From assembly GCA_963765495.1 (NCBI GenBank), contig CAVXWP010000007.1, positions 320,001-384,000 of the forward strand: a stretch of DNA of 64,000 nucleotides, in the 5' to 3' direction. This DNA is from Blastocatellia bacterium. Its GTDB lineage: Bacteria; Acidobacteriota; Blastocatellia; UBA7656. Of this stretch, positions 28,742-39,362 are shown one piece after another (positions within the stretch are counted from its first letter, which is position 1; each line of letters starts with the position of its first letter). A model generated the notes under the pieces. The model was given only the letters and a program-made list of their open reading frames with translations. It did no database searches and was not told where the DNA came from. The position numbers and the translations under genes were made by a program.

Positions 28742-28960
28742 ATGCTGGATGCGAGCGTGCTTAAGATAGAAATCGCTGCGCTTGAGAATTTGATAAATCT
28801 AAAGAAAGTATCGATAGAAACCGAGCAGGCCGCACTTGCCGAGTTACTTCAGAGGCTGGAGTTTAAGAAGGCTCTGCTCAAAAAGACAGAAAATAACCGT
28901 GATCTGTCAGCCATTCAGTTAAAAAACAATCCCGATAGTATTTCGTCACTTTCCGAGTAG
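28742..28960 (+). CDS. Small coiled-coil hypothetical protein
   Basis: GGAGG RBS before ATG 28742; heptad-like helix; 15-bp tail-to-tail overlap with the next gene. Confidence 0.45.
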   Translation: MLDASVLKIEIAALENLINLKKVSIETEQAALAELLQRLEFKKALLKKTENNRDLSAIQLKNNPDSISSLSE

Positions 28961-29311
28961 TTCGGAGATATGGTTCATCAACAGAGTAAATTCAACAGGT
29001 TTTGTTAAGGCGCGATTGGCTCCGGCCTGGATTGCGCGTCCGGCTGTTTTGTCGCCGTAGGCCGTCAGAACTATTATGGGCAGATGAGCCAGTGACTTGT
29101 TTCTGCGCAGCGTCTCTATCATCCCGACTCCGTCCAGAACGGGCATATTTACATCGGTGATTATGAGGGCCGGGTGTTCGGATGCCGCCCGGTCGAGACC
29201 CTCCTGACCGTTCTCGGCGGTGATGACCTTAAAGCCCTCCATCTCGAGTAATGTCACAAACACCTCTCGCGAATCGGCGTTATCTTCAACTACGAGGATT
29301 TTTTTTGACAC
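28946..29311 (-). CDS. Single-domain response regulator
   Basis: ILVVEDN, ITDVNMPVLDG, LTAY, KPV. Confidence 0.92.
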   Translation of the reverse strand: MSKKILVVEDNADSREVFVTLLEMEGFKVITAENGQEGLDRAASEHPALIITDVNMPVLDGVGMIETLRRNKSLAHLPIIVLTAYGDKTAGRAIQAGANRALTKPVEFTLLMNHISELLGK

Positions 29312-29396
29312 CGGCAGTTCTCTTAGGATTTGTGGTTAAAACGCCCGCACTCTAGGTTTTATAGGTTCCGAACAGATAATTCAAGCCCGGTATGCA

Positions 29397-30767
29397 TTAC
29401 TTTGCCGCCTCGACCTTGATTGGCTCGGCATTACCGGCTTTGCCTACGGATTCGCGCATCCAGCTTTGCAGTTTTTCCATGTCTTTTGCCACCGTCATGG
29501 AACCGGCGAAGAGAACCAGCGTAAGCAATACGCCGAGCGCCGGAATAACATACATAGCCGAGTGAAGTCCCTGGGCGCGAAACGGTTCAAGGGCAGGCCC
29601 TGTCAGGTCGCGGACCCCGCCCGCAAGCGCCGCCTGAGTCGTAAAGTAATCGCTTGCAAGCCCGGTCCCAAGCGGTCCGAGAGAAGCGCCCAGCACATAC
29701 ATCGCAAAGAAATAAAGCGCCATCGCCGTGCCGCGCAGGGAAGGTTCTATCACATCGTGAATCGTCGAATAAACGGTCGAGTAATAGGCATACATGACGG
29801 CTATACCCGCTCCCATCAACAGGGTAAATCCAAAGATGTCGCCGCCCGGCCTGCCGAGCGCCAGAAAGTTGAGCGGGACCGAAACCAGTATGGCGACAGC
29901 TCCCACAAGCAATCGCCCGTTAGCCCGCCGCTTCATTATCGCGTCGCCTACGATGCCACCCACAAGCAACCCGGGCACGCCCGAGATTCCATACACCAGC
30001 ATGGCTATAAATCCCGCGTCCTGAATGTCTACTTTGTGATACCGCATAAGGTAGGGAGAGAGGAATGAGCCTATGGCATACATATTGAAATTGTGAAGCG
30101 CGCCCGATGCGATCAGCCACCACATGGTAGGTATGGAAAGGACCAGTTTGTAAGGCGAGCCTTCGCGTTTGAGCGAGCCTATGTCGTGAACTTCGGTTCC
30201 GCCGCGCTTTGGTTCGTGCATCATCAGGGCCGCCACGGCGCAGATCAGACCCGGTATCCCGGCCACATAAAAAGCCGGGCGCCAGCCGTATTCTTTTGCC
30301 ACAAGCCCGCTCACGGCAAAGCTCAGGGCGATGCCTACGGGCAGCCCGAGCATGAAGATCGAAAGCGCTTTCGCGCGTTTATTGGCCGGGTAAAGATCGC
30401 CTATCAAGGAAGAGGCCGCGGGCGCGCAGGTCGCTTCACCCACCCCGACGCCGAGCCTGAGCGCGAACAACTGAAAATATGACGAGGCAATGCCGGAGGC
30501 GGCAGTGAGCAGGCTCCAGACAAAGACGCCCGCCGAAAGTATGCGAGTGCGCGTAGACCTGTCTGTAAGCCGCCCGAGCGGCACGCCCACCGCCGCGTAA
30601 AGCAGCGTAAAGGCCGTACCAAGCGCGCCAAGCGCGCTGTCTGACAGGCCGAATTCCTTGCGGACCGGCTCGGCCACCGCGCCGAGTATCTGGCGGTCGA
30701 AAAAGTTCAAAGCATTGATGGCAAATATCACCGTCAACGCAAAAATGGCTCTTCCACGATTCGTCAT
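29397..30767 (-). CDS. MFS transporter (Spinster-like)
   Basis: NFFDRQIL, GRLTDRSTR, RLGVGVGEA; about 12 TM helices. Confidence 0.92.
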   Translation of the reverse strand: MTNRGRAIFALTVIFAINALNFFDRQILGAVAEPVRKEFGLSDSALGALGTAFTLLYAAVGVPLGRLTDRSTRTRILSAGVFVWSLLTAASGIASSYFQLFALRLGVGVGEATCAPAASSLIGDLYPANKRAKALSIFMLGLPVGIALSFAVSGLVAKEYGWRPAFYVAGIPGLICAVAALMMHEPKRGGTEVHDIGSLKREGSPYKLVLSIPTMWWLIASGALHNFNMYAIGSFLSPYLMRYHKVDIQDAGFIAMLVYGISGVPGLLVGGIVGDAIMKRRANGRLLVGAVAILVSVPLNFLALGRPGGDIFGFTLLMGAGIAVMYAYYSTVYSTIHDVIEPSLRGTAMALYFFAMYVLGASLGPLGTGLASDYFTTQAALAGGVRDLTGPALEPFRAQGLHSAMYVIPALGVLLTLVLFAGSMTVAKDMEKLQSWMRESVGKAGNAEPIKVEAAK

Positions 30768-31516
30768 TTACTCACCTCTTTTTTCAGTTCGCTGCCGAGT
30801 TCCAGAATGTGCGGAATTTTTTTGAGACCGCCCTCAAGATCGGTCGGATGAACGATCTCGGCCACCATACGGCGTATCTCTTTTCTGCGTTCGATCACAT
30901 CGTCTGATGCCGTCTGGCCTTTGACTTTCAAAGCCCGCCGAAAGTCGGTCAGATCATCGACGAGCGTCAGCATCTTTTGAAAGTCCACGGGCAATGCGGG
31001 CAGATACTCAAGCCCGTGACAGCCCGTGCAGTAATAGGCAAAGCTGAAATTGCGCGTGGGCGACCCTACGGTGTGCGCGCCGTGACACGCTACACAATCC
31101 ATGCGCGGAGTGCCGCGCTGTTCGGGGAAGTGGCGGCTTGTTTTAAACATCGCAAGCATCTGTCTGTGACACGAGCCGCACATTGCAAGCACGTCGTTGC
31201 CCGAAGGTTTGCCGATAAATTTCCCTGTGTGCGCCTGCTCTTTATCCGTAGCCGAAGGGTCGCCCCCGTGGCAGCGATTACAGGTGATCCCATTTTCGGA
31301 GTGCGTGCTCAAAGAGAAAAGCTCGACCTGATGGTCGCCCGACTTCTGATGACAGGCGAGGCAATTATTATCCTGCGAAACGGGGAATGAGATTGAATCG
31401 GCGGCAGCAATCTTTCCGAACCCGTAGCTTCCATCCAGCGATTGCGCGCAACAGACGACCGCGACCAGTATGATGAATGCTGCCGTGATTATTTTTTGAA
31501 TTTTTCTCCGCACCAA
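30764..31516 (-). CDS. Multiheme cytochrome c (5 CxxCH motifs)
   Basis: CLACH, CNRCH, CGSCH, CVACH, CTGCH; signal peptide; ATGA overlap with the MFS gene. Confidence 0.88.
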   Translation of the reverse strand: MVRRKIQKIITAAFIILVAVVCCAQSLDGSYGFGKIAAADSISFPVSQDNNCLACHQKSGDHQVELFSLSTHSENGITCNRCHGGDPSATDKEQAHTGKFIGKPSGNDVLAMCGSCHRQMLAMFKTSRHFPEQRGTPRMDCVACHGAHTVGSPTRNFSFAYYCTGCHGLEYLPALPVDFQKMLTLVDDLTDFRRALKVKGQTASDDVIERRKEIRRMVAEIVHPTDLEGGLKKIPHILELGSELKKEVSK

Positions 31517-31545
31517 TGCTCGCTCACCAGCCTCTCGACATGCGG

Positions 31546-32334
31546 TTATTTCCCCTGAAAGTTTGGCCTGCGCTTTTCAAAAAAGGCAGTGACGCCTTCG
31601 ATGAAATCTGCGGAATGAAAACAGTCATCCTGATTGACGGCCTCGAATTCGAGCGCCCCGGCGAGGTCTGTGTTCTCGCCGTAGTTGAGACCCGCCTTGA
31701 TCTTTGCAAGCGCGATCGGAGCCGCGAGGGCAAGCCGCTGAGCGATTGCCTGCACGGTCTCGTCGAGTTCTTCAAACGGCACTACGCGGTTTACAAGTCC
31801 GAGCGAGAGCGCCTCGTGTGCGTTTATGATGTCGCCTGTGGCCATCAACTCGAACGCCTTCGCGTATCCGACTATTCGCGGCAAAAAGTATGTAGAGCCG
31901 CCGTCGGGCATCAACCCTATCTTCGAGAATACCTGTCCTAACTTTGCCTGCTCCGAGGCTACGAGCATGTCGCAGGCGAGCGCATAGTTGCAGCCTACGC
32001 CCACGGCCGGGCCGTGTATGCGAGCGATGATCGGCTTTGGCAGTCTTCGCATCGCGAGAATTGTCGGGTTTGTGCGGTCGCGCAGAGCCGAGGTCACATC
32101 GAATTGTGTGATGTCGGCTTTGCTTGTGGCTTCAAGGTCTGCACCCGCGCAGAAGGCCTCTCCGATGCCTGTGAGGATGACGACTTTGCTCTCATCGGTA
32201 AACGAGCGATTGATTTCCTGATGGAGCAACTGAGTCGTTTCCGTATCAACCGAGTTTCGCCGTTCAGGACGATTGATGGTAATTTGCTTTATGCCTTCAC
32301 TGAGGCTGACCAGTAGTTTATCGCTTGCGGCCAT
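31546..32334 (-). CDS. Enoyl-CoA hydratase/isomerase (PaaG-like)
   Basis: ITINRPE, AFCAGADL, KIGLMPDGG, FFEKRRPNFQG. Confidence 0.9.
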   Translation of the reverse strand: MAASDKLLVSLSEGIKQITINRPERRNSVDTETTQLLHQEINRSFTDESKVVILTGIGEAFCAGADLEATSKADITQFDVTSALRDRTNPTILAMRRLPKPIIARIHGPAVGVGCNYALACDMLVASEQAKLGQVFSKIGLMPDGGSTYFLPRIVGYAKAFELMATGDIINAHEALSLGLVNRVVPFEELDETVQAIAQRLALAAPIALAKIKAGLNYGENTDLAGALEFEAVNQDDCFHSADFIEGVTAFFEKRRPNFQGK

Positions 32335-32457
32335 ATTGTGCCCCTTTCTGTTGTTGGTTAGCAATTTATGCGGGTTGCGTTATTCTCTTACAAAGTCGCC
32401 GGATTTGCAATCAAGAGTCGATTGTCTTAATATCGCACCGCTCACCAGTGGAAGAGG

Positions 32458-32565
32458 TATTCGTGATACGTGATTTGTGATGCGTGACTTTCAGGCAGTT
32501 GCCCCGCAACAAGCGGATTGCAAATCTAACAAATCACGCATCAGGAATCACGTATCACGTATCAT
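32458..32565. repeat. Heptamer-arm hairpin (GTGAT(A/T/G)C type) in a divergent intergenic region
   Basis: gtgatacgtgatttgtgatgcgtgactttcaggcag ... atcacgcatcaggaatcacgtatcacg. Confidence 0.85.
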
Positions 32566-32582
32566 CAATAAGGAGCGGGCCA

Positions 32583-34721
32583 ATGAAGAGAGCACTACTT
32601 ATCATCATCGCCTTTTCGCTAATGTCGCCGTTTGCCGCGCGGTCTGTAGCCACGACCGGCGCAAGCGACACAGCGACGATCTATCGTGACGAATACGGCA
32701 TACCTCATGTCTTTGCCGATACGCTCGAAACGGCAGCCTTTGCCGTAGGCTATGCTCAGGCCGAGGACCGGCTGGAAGAGTTATTGAAGAATTATCGTCG
32801 CGCCGCAGGCACTATGTCTGAGGTGTTCGGCCCGGAGTATTACCGCGACGATTACATCCAGCGCGTGTGGCGGCACGAAGAGATCAGCCGCGAAAAATAC
32901 AACGAGGTCAACCCGAAAATCCGCGCGGTCTTCGAATCCTTCCAGGAAGGCGTGAAGCTCTTTATGAAAGAGCACCCCGATCAGGTTCCTTCCTGGGCGC
33001 AGGAGATTCACCCCTGGGATATAGTGGCGCTTTCACGCTACATCATCTGGGGCTGGCCTATGGGTGAGGCGGCGGGCGAGTTGCAGAGGGCCGGAATAAA
33101 GCTCGACCCGATAGCCTATCACGGCTCGAATCAGATGCTGATAGCTCCGAGCCGTACGACTATGCACGCACCCATCGCGGTCATCGATCCGCATCTTAGC
33201 TGGTACGGTGAGTTTCGATTCTACGAGGTCAGAATCTATGCGGGCGACTTCAACGTCTCGGGCGTCTCGATACTCGGAGTGCCTATCCCGAGCCTCGGTC
33301 ACAGCCGCTATTGCTCGATTGCGATGACGACGGGCGGGCCTGATACCTCCGATGTCTATGAAGAAGAGATCAACCCTGCAAACCCGCGCCAGTATCGCTA
33401 TGACGGCAAGTGGCGCGATATGGAGGTTCGCAAAGAGAAGATCGGCGTGAAAAACGGCGATAAAACCGACTGGCGCGAGGTCGAGATCGAGTACACGCAT
33501 CACGGCCCGGTGGTCGCTCGCAAGGAAGGAAAGGCTTACACGATGGCCATTCCCTACATGAACGAAGTGAAACTGAGCGATCAGATTTACGACATGATGA
33601 TGGCGCACAATCTGGATGAGATGAAGAAGGCGATGTCCGAGCTTCAACTGATGTCTCAAAACGTCATGATAGGAACCGTTCAGGGAGACATCTATTATGT
33701 TCGCAACGGGCGCGTGCCGATTCGCGCAAAGGGCGTGGACCCGAGCAAGCCTGTGCCCGGCAACACATCGGCCACCGAATGGCAGGGGCTTCATAAGTTT
33801 TCGGACCTCGTGCAGATTACAAATCCGCCCTCCGGCTACATGCATAATTGCAATGTCACGCCGTTTGGGATGATGAAAAACAGCCCGCTCACGCCCGAAA
33901 AGTACGCCGACCACCCTTACCTCTACAACGCCACGCGAGACTATCCGCGTCATCAGCGCGCGGAGATGATGACCGACCTGCTCGACGCGGCTACCAGGGT
34001 AAACGAGCAACAGGCCATCGACATCGCCTTCAGCCCGCAGGTGTGGCACGCAGAGACGTGGCAGCAGGCATTAAAGACGGCCTGGGAGAAATCGCCGGAA
34101 TCTGCCCGTACTGCCGATACAAAAGAGGTCTACGAGTTGATAGAAAAATGGAACCGTCGCAGCGATGCCGACTCCGAAGGGGCTCTTGCCTTCTACGCTT
34201 TCAAGAAGGGGCTTGGCCCGGAGCTGGCCAAAGAAGTCACGCCGCCCGCGACCGTTTCCGGCGAGCAGATGACGGCGGCCCTCAAGAGCGCGGCCGAATG
34301 GCTCAAGTCAAATTTCGGATCGCTTCACGTCCCCTACGGGACGTACTTTCGCGTAGGCCGGGCAGAGGGCGACAAGACCTGGCCCGTTGGAGGCGGATCG
34401 CTCAACGGCGGACAGAACAACGTAGGCATGGCCACGCCTCGGGCGATCTCTTTCGGAGAGGTTGGAAAAGTGATGGTGGGCCGTGGCGGGCAGACTTCTA
34501 CACAGATAGTGATACTGACCAATCCGCCAAAGTCCTATGCCATCATCCCGCTTGGCGAAAGCGATCACAAGAATAGCGGTCACTGGGACGATCAGGCCGA
34601 AAAGCTGTTTAGCAAGAGCAAAGTGGCCCCGACTTACTTTATGGACAAGAAAGCGTTGATGCAGCACGTTTCGGCAAAGAAAGAATTGAAACGCGCGGCA
34701 GCCTCACAGGCCGGACAATAA
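32583..34721 (+). CDS. Penicillin acylase family Ntn-hydrolase
   Basis: [22 protein letters not shown] (nucleophile Ser), DPHL, HNCN; AAGGAG RBS before MKR. Confidence 0.9.
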   Translation: MKRALLIIIAFSLMSPFAARSVATTGASDTATIYRDEYGIPHVFADTLETAAFAVGYAQAEDRLEELLKNYRRAAGTMSEVFGPEYYRDDYIQRVWRHEEISREKYNEVNPKIRAVFESFQEGVKLFMKEHPDQVPSWAQEIHPWDIVALSRYIIWGWPMGEAAGELQRAGIKLDPIAYHGSNQMLIAPSRTTMHAPIAVIDPHLSWYGEFRFYEVRIYAGDFNVSGVSILGVPIPSLGHSRYCSIAMTTGGPDTSDVYEEEINPANPRQYRYDGKWRDMEVRKEKIGVKNGDKTDWREVEIEYTHHGPVVARKEGKAYTMAIPYMNEVKLSDQIYDMMMAHNLDEMKKAMSELQLMSQNVMIGTVQGDIYYVRNGRVPIRAKGVDPSKPVPGNTSATEWQGLHKFSDLVQITNPPSGYMHNCNVTPFGMMKNSPLTPEKYADHPYLYNATRDYPRHQRAEMMTDLLDAATRVNEQQAIDIAFSPQVWHAETWQQALKTAWEKSPESARTADTKEVYELIEKWNRRSDADSEGALAFYAFKKGLGPELAKEVTPPATVSGEQMTAALKSAAEWLKSNFGSLHVPYGTYFRVGRAEGDKTWPVGGGSLNGGQNNVGMATPRAISFGEVGKVMVGRGGQTSTQIVILTNPPKSYAIIPLGESDHKNSGHWDDQAEKLFSKSKVAPTYFMDKKALMQHVSAKKELKRAAASQAGQ

Positions 34722-34734
34722 ATCACTTGCTGAC

Positions 34735-34780
34735 CGGAGATGGGAGATTTGGGATCTCAAATCTCCCATCTCAAATCTCA
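34735..34780. repeat. Short heptamer-arm hairpin (GAGAT(T/G)(T/G) type)
   Basis: ggagatgggagatttgggatctcaaatctcccatctcaaatctc. Confidence 0.75.
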
Positions 34781-34827
34781 GAGCGCACCCCCCGGACATG
34801 TTATAATCCTTGCCGGTATAGTTTGCG

Positions 34828-36153
34828 ATGGCCAATTTCACCGTAATTGAACCGATGTCGGCAGGCGATGTGATAGACCGCTCCGTGCGGCTCTATCGCC
34901 GCAACTTCGCCCCGCTCATCACCATAGTTGCCGTGCCTACCCTGTTCGGCTATCTGTCGTCGCTGATGTTCTGGTTTGGTCTGTTAGAGATGGAGGGCGA
35001 TGCCTCCTCAGGGTCCTACGCCATAGGGCTTGTGATGCTGCTGCTCGGCGGGCTTGGTTATCCTCTTTCGATGTTCATATTGCTTGTGACCTTTTCGGGG
35101 CTCTCTCGCGTCATAGGCGATCATTTGATGTTGAACGAGACGATCACCTTACGCAAATGTCTCTCTGCGGTTCGCCGCCGCCTCGGCGATATTACCTTGA
35201 TGGGGTTGCTTTCGATAGCCATTTTAGTGGCGCTCTACATAGCCTTTTCCATAATACTCTTTGTGTTGTTGATGATCGTAGGCGTGGTTGCGGGAATCAC
35301 CGCCACTCTCGGTCTGCCGCCCTGGATGATGTCGGTAGTGATGGTAGTCATAGTGCTGGTGGCGGTGAGTCTGGGTATTATAGGGATGTTGCTGGTCATT
35401 TCCCGCGTGATATTTTTGCCGCAGGTAGTGATGATCGAAGGCCAGGGGGCGGGCAATGCGCTCGGGCGCGCCATGCAGTTGGGGAAAGGGAATTGGTACA
35501 AGGTCGGCGCGATTGTGCTGTTCAGCTATTTCGTTTCAATATCGTTGCTTGCCGCGCTTACCCTGCCCGTGCTTTTCGCGCTGAATCTTATGGACATGGT
35601 GACAACGGAATTCATTTTCGGCCCCATCTGGAATGTGATCTATACGGCGTTCAATCAATTGACCAATCTGCTGGTGCTGCCTATCTGGGTAGTCTCTTTC
35701 ACTATGCTCTATTTCGACAGCCGCGTTCGCAAAGAGGCCTACGACATCGAATTGCTCGCGCAGGAAGTGGCCCCGGGGTTTTACTGGCAGCCCACAGTTC
35801 AACAGGCGGCATTCGGCTATCAAATGCCAGTGGTCGCGGGAACGGGGCGCGCCTATATTCAAACAAGCCCGCTCGGGCTGGCGGGCTACCGTCCGCCTCC
35901 CGCCCCTCCCCCCGTCGTGGCTCAACCGGCTGGGAGCGGAGAGGAAGACCTGCGACAAAAATTTGATCGCGCCGCCGCCGCGCTTGACCCGCCGGGCGAT
36001 AACATCCCGACCTCTCCGACAGACTCACAAACCGGGCAGGTCGGTTGTCGGAAGTGCGGTATGATGCTTGAGCCTGACGCGGGATTCTGTACGCGATGCG
36101 GCAGCCCGGCATCTACCCGGGCTGCCGAAGATCAGGAGAGGGAAGACGCATAG
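34828..36153 (+). CDS. Integral membrane protein with C-terminal zinc ribbon
   Basis: PMSAGDVIDRSVRLYRRNF, multiple TMs, YFDSRVRKEAYD, CRKC..CTRC. Confidence 0.8.
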   Translation: MANFTVIEPMSAGDVIDRSVRLYRRNFAPLITIVAVPTLFGYLSSLMFWFGLLEMEGDASSGSYAIGLVMLLLGGLGYPLSMFILLVTFSGLSRVIGDHLMLNETITLRKCLSAVRRRLGDITLMGLLSIAILVALYIAFSIILFVLLMIVGVVAGITATLGLPPWMMSVVMVVIVLVAVSLGIIGMLLVISRVIFLPQVVMIEGQGAGNALGRAMQLGKGNWYKVGAIVLFSYFVSISLLAALTLPVLFALNLMDMVTTEFIFGPIWNVIYTAFNQLTNLLVLPIWVVSFTMLYFDSRVRKEAYDIELLAQEVAPGFYWQPTVQQAAFGYQMPVVAGTGRAYIQTSPLGLAGYRPPPAPPPVVAQPAGSGEEDLRQKFDRAAAALDPPGDNIPTSPTDSQTGQVGCRKCGMMLEPDAGFCTRCGSPASTRAAEDQEREDA

Positions 36154-36158
36154 ATAGG

Positions 36159-37232
36159 ATGACAGGTCGGGTGATAAGTCGGGTGATAAGTCGGGTGATA
36201 AGTCGGATGACGGGGCCGATTGCAATTACATGGTTTTTGCTCGTAATCGTTGCCAAAGCGTCGGGCGCAAGCGATGTGCTCAACTATGAAAACCGGGTCT
36301 TTCGCGCGGGCGAGCAGGTGGAGCGCATAAAGACCGACAAAGAATACAGCGTAGAAGGCATAGACACCATAAAGCACCTGCTTCCGAGATCTGAAGATAT
36401 CAGGATGAATGATCAGGTGGTCGAGGTAAACAACACCTGGCTCTATGTTATGCTCGATTCCTACACGGCTGAAAGCGATCCTCAACAAAAAAAGGCAAAA
36501 CTTGACGAGGTGGCAGAACGCCTCGAAGCTCTCGACGAACATCTGCGCGCCGTTGTGAGTGAAGTTTCCGGTAATAAGGCGGCCAGCAAGTCGCATGAAC
36601 AGATAGAGCGGATACTTGCGCGCAGGGAGTATAAGCAAAAGAGCGAGAGCGCGATAGCGGCCTTTATAAGGCGAGTGCGGGAATCGGTCTTTGAATTTCT
36701 GCGCGACATGTATATACGGCTGGCCGAGGCATTGTTTGGGGAAGGCACACGCGCAAACTGGTTCTTTCGCGGATTGATAATTGCCGGGCTTGTTGTGCTG
36801 CTCGGTGTCGCCGTGCGAATGGTTATGGGGATCAAACGCGGCGAGAGACGAAAAAAGAAGCGTACGGTGCTTGGCGAAGAACTCGACTCCGATTTGACGG
36901 CGGCCGATCTTGCCAATGCCGCGACTGCCGCCGCGCGAGCCGGAGACTTTCGGACCGCGATGCGCAAGCTCTATATCTCGCTTCTTTACGATCTGGCCGA
37001 GCGCAATTTGATAGAGCTTGAGCCGAACGCGACAAATCGCGAGTACCTTGCCCGTGTCAGCCGCTATCCGGTGCTCGTCAAGCCTATGCTTTATATGACA
37101 GACCGATTCGATTACTTCTGGTATGGAATGTTTCCCTCATCGGAACAGGATTTTTCATCGTATCTTGAGAGCTATAAAGAGGCCATGGCAAGGGCGCGCA
37201 ATCTCGGCGAGCAGGCAGTTGCAACGGCCTGA
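36159..37232 (+). CDS. DUF4129-domain protein
   Basis: GDFRTAMRKLY..L..L..ATNREY..FDYFWYG. Confidence 0.85.
   Translation: MTGRVISRVISRVISRMTGPIAITWFLLVIVAKASGASDVLNYENRVFRAGEQVERIKTDKEYSVEGIDTIKHLLPRSEDIRMNDQVVEVNNTWLYVMLDSYTAESDPQQKKAKLDEVAERLEALDEHLRAVVSEVSGNKAASKSHEQIERILARREYKQKSESAIAAFIRRVRESVFEFLRDMYIRLAEALFGEGTRANWFFRGLIIAGLVVLLGVAVRMVMGIKRGERRKKKRTVLGEELDSDLTAADLANAATAAARAGDFRTAMRKLYISLLYDLAERNLIELEPNATNREYLARVSRYPVLVKPMLYMTDRFDYFWYGMFPSSEQDFSSYLESYKEAMARARNLGEQAVATA
36166..36210 (+). repeat. 12-nt direct tandem repeat, about 3.7 copies
   Basis: (gtcgggtgataa)x3 + gtcggatga. Confidence 0.9.
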
Positions 37233-37270
37233 AGACGATTGATTCATTAACGTTTTACAGAAACTCTGAG

Positions 37271-38038
37271 ATGGCAGACTTACACATTATTGCGGGTCCT
37301 CGCGCAGGCGAGACGGTCGCCCTCGATAAAAACAAAATCACGTTTGGGCGTCATTCGACCTGCGATTTTGTCCTGAAAGACAGAACCGTCTCTCGTCTGC
37401 ATTTCTATGTAGAGCGCACCGGAGACAAGTTTTTTCTGATAGATCAGGAGAGCAACAACGGCACTTTCGTAAACGACGAGCAGGTATCGTGGGTCGAGTT
37501 GAAGGATAAAGACAAAATCGAGGTCGGGATCTCTGTAATGATTGCCGAACTGCCTGAAAGACAAAAGCAACCTGTCGCGGAAAACCCTTCCGCGAAAAGA
37601 GAGCCCTCGTCAGCCGGCGGGGGGGTGCCGCGCTCGCCCTTCGATGCGGAGCACAAACGCACCTATCCGGGCGAGTATCTCGAAGGCATAGAGCTATTCA
37701 ACGCGGGGCGATACTTTGACGCTCACGAAATCTGGGAAGAGATATGGCTCCGCTCATCGGGCGCGACAAAGCTCTTTTACCAGATGCTTATACAGGCGGC
37801 CGTAGGACTGCATCATTACGAACGCGGCAACGCTCGCGGTGGGCGCGGTATGCACAAAGCCGTTGCGGGAAAGATCGGACAACTGCCAAAGATTTTTATG
37901 TCGCTCGACGTAGCAGATTTCTCGCATCAGTATAATCTTTTCTTTGCCGACCTGATCGAGCGTGACAATGAAGCCGCTCCTCCGACAGATCGGCCTCGAC
38001 CTTTCATCCGCCTGCTCGGCGGCAATGAGCGGCAATGA
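37271..38038 (+). CDS. FHA domain fused to a DUF309-like domain
   Basis: FGRH..VSRLH..SNNGTFVN; then GIELFNAGRYFDAHEIWEEIW..QMLIQAAVGLHH. Confidence 0.85.
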   Translation: MADLHIIAGPRAGETVALDKNKITFGRHSTCDFVLKDRTVSRLHFYVERTGDKFFLIDQESNNGTFVNDEQVSWVELKDKDKIEVGISVMIAELPERQKQPVAENPSAKREPSSAGGGVPRSPFDAEHKRTYPGEYLEGIELFNAGRYFDAHEIWEEIWLRSSGATKLFYQMLIQAAVGLHHYERGNARGGRGMHKAVAGKIGQLPKIFMSLDVADFSHQYNLFFADLIERDNEAAPPTDRPRPFIRLLGGNERQ

Positions 38039-38050
38039 ACGGGCGAACAG

Positions 38051-39349
38051 GTGAATCAAGCGATGGATAAAAAATGTGAAGCGCTTGCCTCTTCGCTTGA
38101 GCGCGTGGTCGGGTCTGGCTTTGTCACAGCCAAACCGGCTCTGATGATTGACGGATTTCATCCATCATTTCTGGTCCGCCCGTGTTCAACCGAAGAGGCG
38201 ATGGAATGTTTGCATCTGTCGGGTGATGCGGGGAAGGCGGTTGTTCCGGCAGGTCTCGGGACATGGCTTGAATGCGGCAACCCGCTTCGCCGCGCTGATG
38301 TGGTCCTGAGTCTTGAGCGAATGAACCGGATCATCGAATACAGCCCGCCCGACCTCACCGTCACCGTTCAGGCGGGGCTGACGCTCGAAGAATTGAACAA
38401 TCGCACCCGGCAAGAGAGACAGTGGTTGCCGCTCGACCCGCCCGGAGCGCAATCCGCATCGCTAGGCGCAATCGCCGCGTGCGCGCAAAGCGGTCCGCTC
38501 AGGCTCGGCTTCGGCACTCCGCGCGATTACGTCATAGGGTTGAGTCTTGCCCATATTGACGGAAGACGGAGCAAAGCGGGCGGGCGAGTGGCAAAAAACG
38601 TAGCCGGTTATGATATGAACAAGCTCTATGTAGGGAGCTTTGGCACGCTGGCCGTCCTGACCGAAATCACTTTCAAACTGCGCCCTCTGCCCGAGCGTTT
38701 CGCCACGGTTTTGATAACTTCTCTTCCCACCCGTTCGCTTGCCGCAAGCGCCCGGCGCGTGCTCGATTCTGCGCTTTTGCCCGCCTCGATTTTTGTGACA
38801 AAGCGAGCGCCCGCCGAGATGCTTTCGGCCATGGGCACGGATCAGGCGTTGTTGATACGTTTCGCCGAAAGCGAGGCAGCGGTCAAACATCAGATTGAAT
38901 GGATAGGCGAGAACCTGGATAAAGAGGCGCGGGCGATTACGCTCGACGATGCGGAAGCCGGACGCGTCTGGGCGCAAATAGCCGATATCGACCTGCTTGC
39001 CGGAAACGCGCTGCGATTGAGCGTGCCTGTGTCGGCGGTCGCAGATTTATTTGAACGGGTGGTACAAATGGTCCCCGACTCTGTCGCGGCGATGGATGTC
39101 GGCACTGGTATAATAAGGGTGGCCTTTGATGCGGATGATCGGAAAGCCATTGAAGTGATAAAAAAAATCCGCCAGGATGCCCGATCTGCGGGCGGAACGG
39201 TTTTTATAGAGCGCGCTTCTATGGATGTGCGGCAAGAGGCGGATGCCTGGGGCGATGCGGGAGCGGCTCTGGGTCTGATGAAATCCTTGAAATCCAGTTT
39301 TGATCCCGGGTCGCTTTTGAACCCCGGGCGCTTTGTTTCAGGCATTTAA
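38051..39349 (+). CDS. glcE: FAD-binding oxidoreductase, glycolate oxidase subunit GlcE-like
   Basis: LPLDPP, GPLRLGFGTPRD, GGRVAKNVAGYDMNKL, FDP..LNPG. Confidence 0.8.
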   Translation: MNQAMDKKCEALASSLERVVGSGFVTAKPALMIDGFHPSFLVRPCSTEEAMECLHLSGDAGKAVVPAGLGTWLECGNPLRRADVVLSLERMNRIIEYSPPDLTVTVQAGLTLEELNNRTRQERQWLPLDPPGAQSASLGAIAACAQSGPLRLGFGTPRDYVIGLSLAHIDGRRSKAGGRVAKNVAGYDMNKLYVGSFGTLAVLTEITFKLRPLPERFATVLITSLPTRSLAASARRVLDSALLPASIFVTKRAPAEMLSAMGTDQALLIRFAESEAAVKHQIEWIGENLDKEARAITLDDAEAGRVWAQIADIDLLAGNALRLSVPVSAVADLFERVVQMVPDSVAAMDVGTGIIRVAFDADDRKAIEVIKKIRQDARSAGGTVFIERASMDVRQEADAWGDAGAALGLMKSLKSSFDPGSLLNPGRFVSGI

Positions 39350-39362
39350 GATTTAATTAAAT

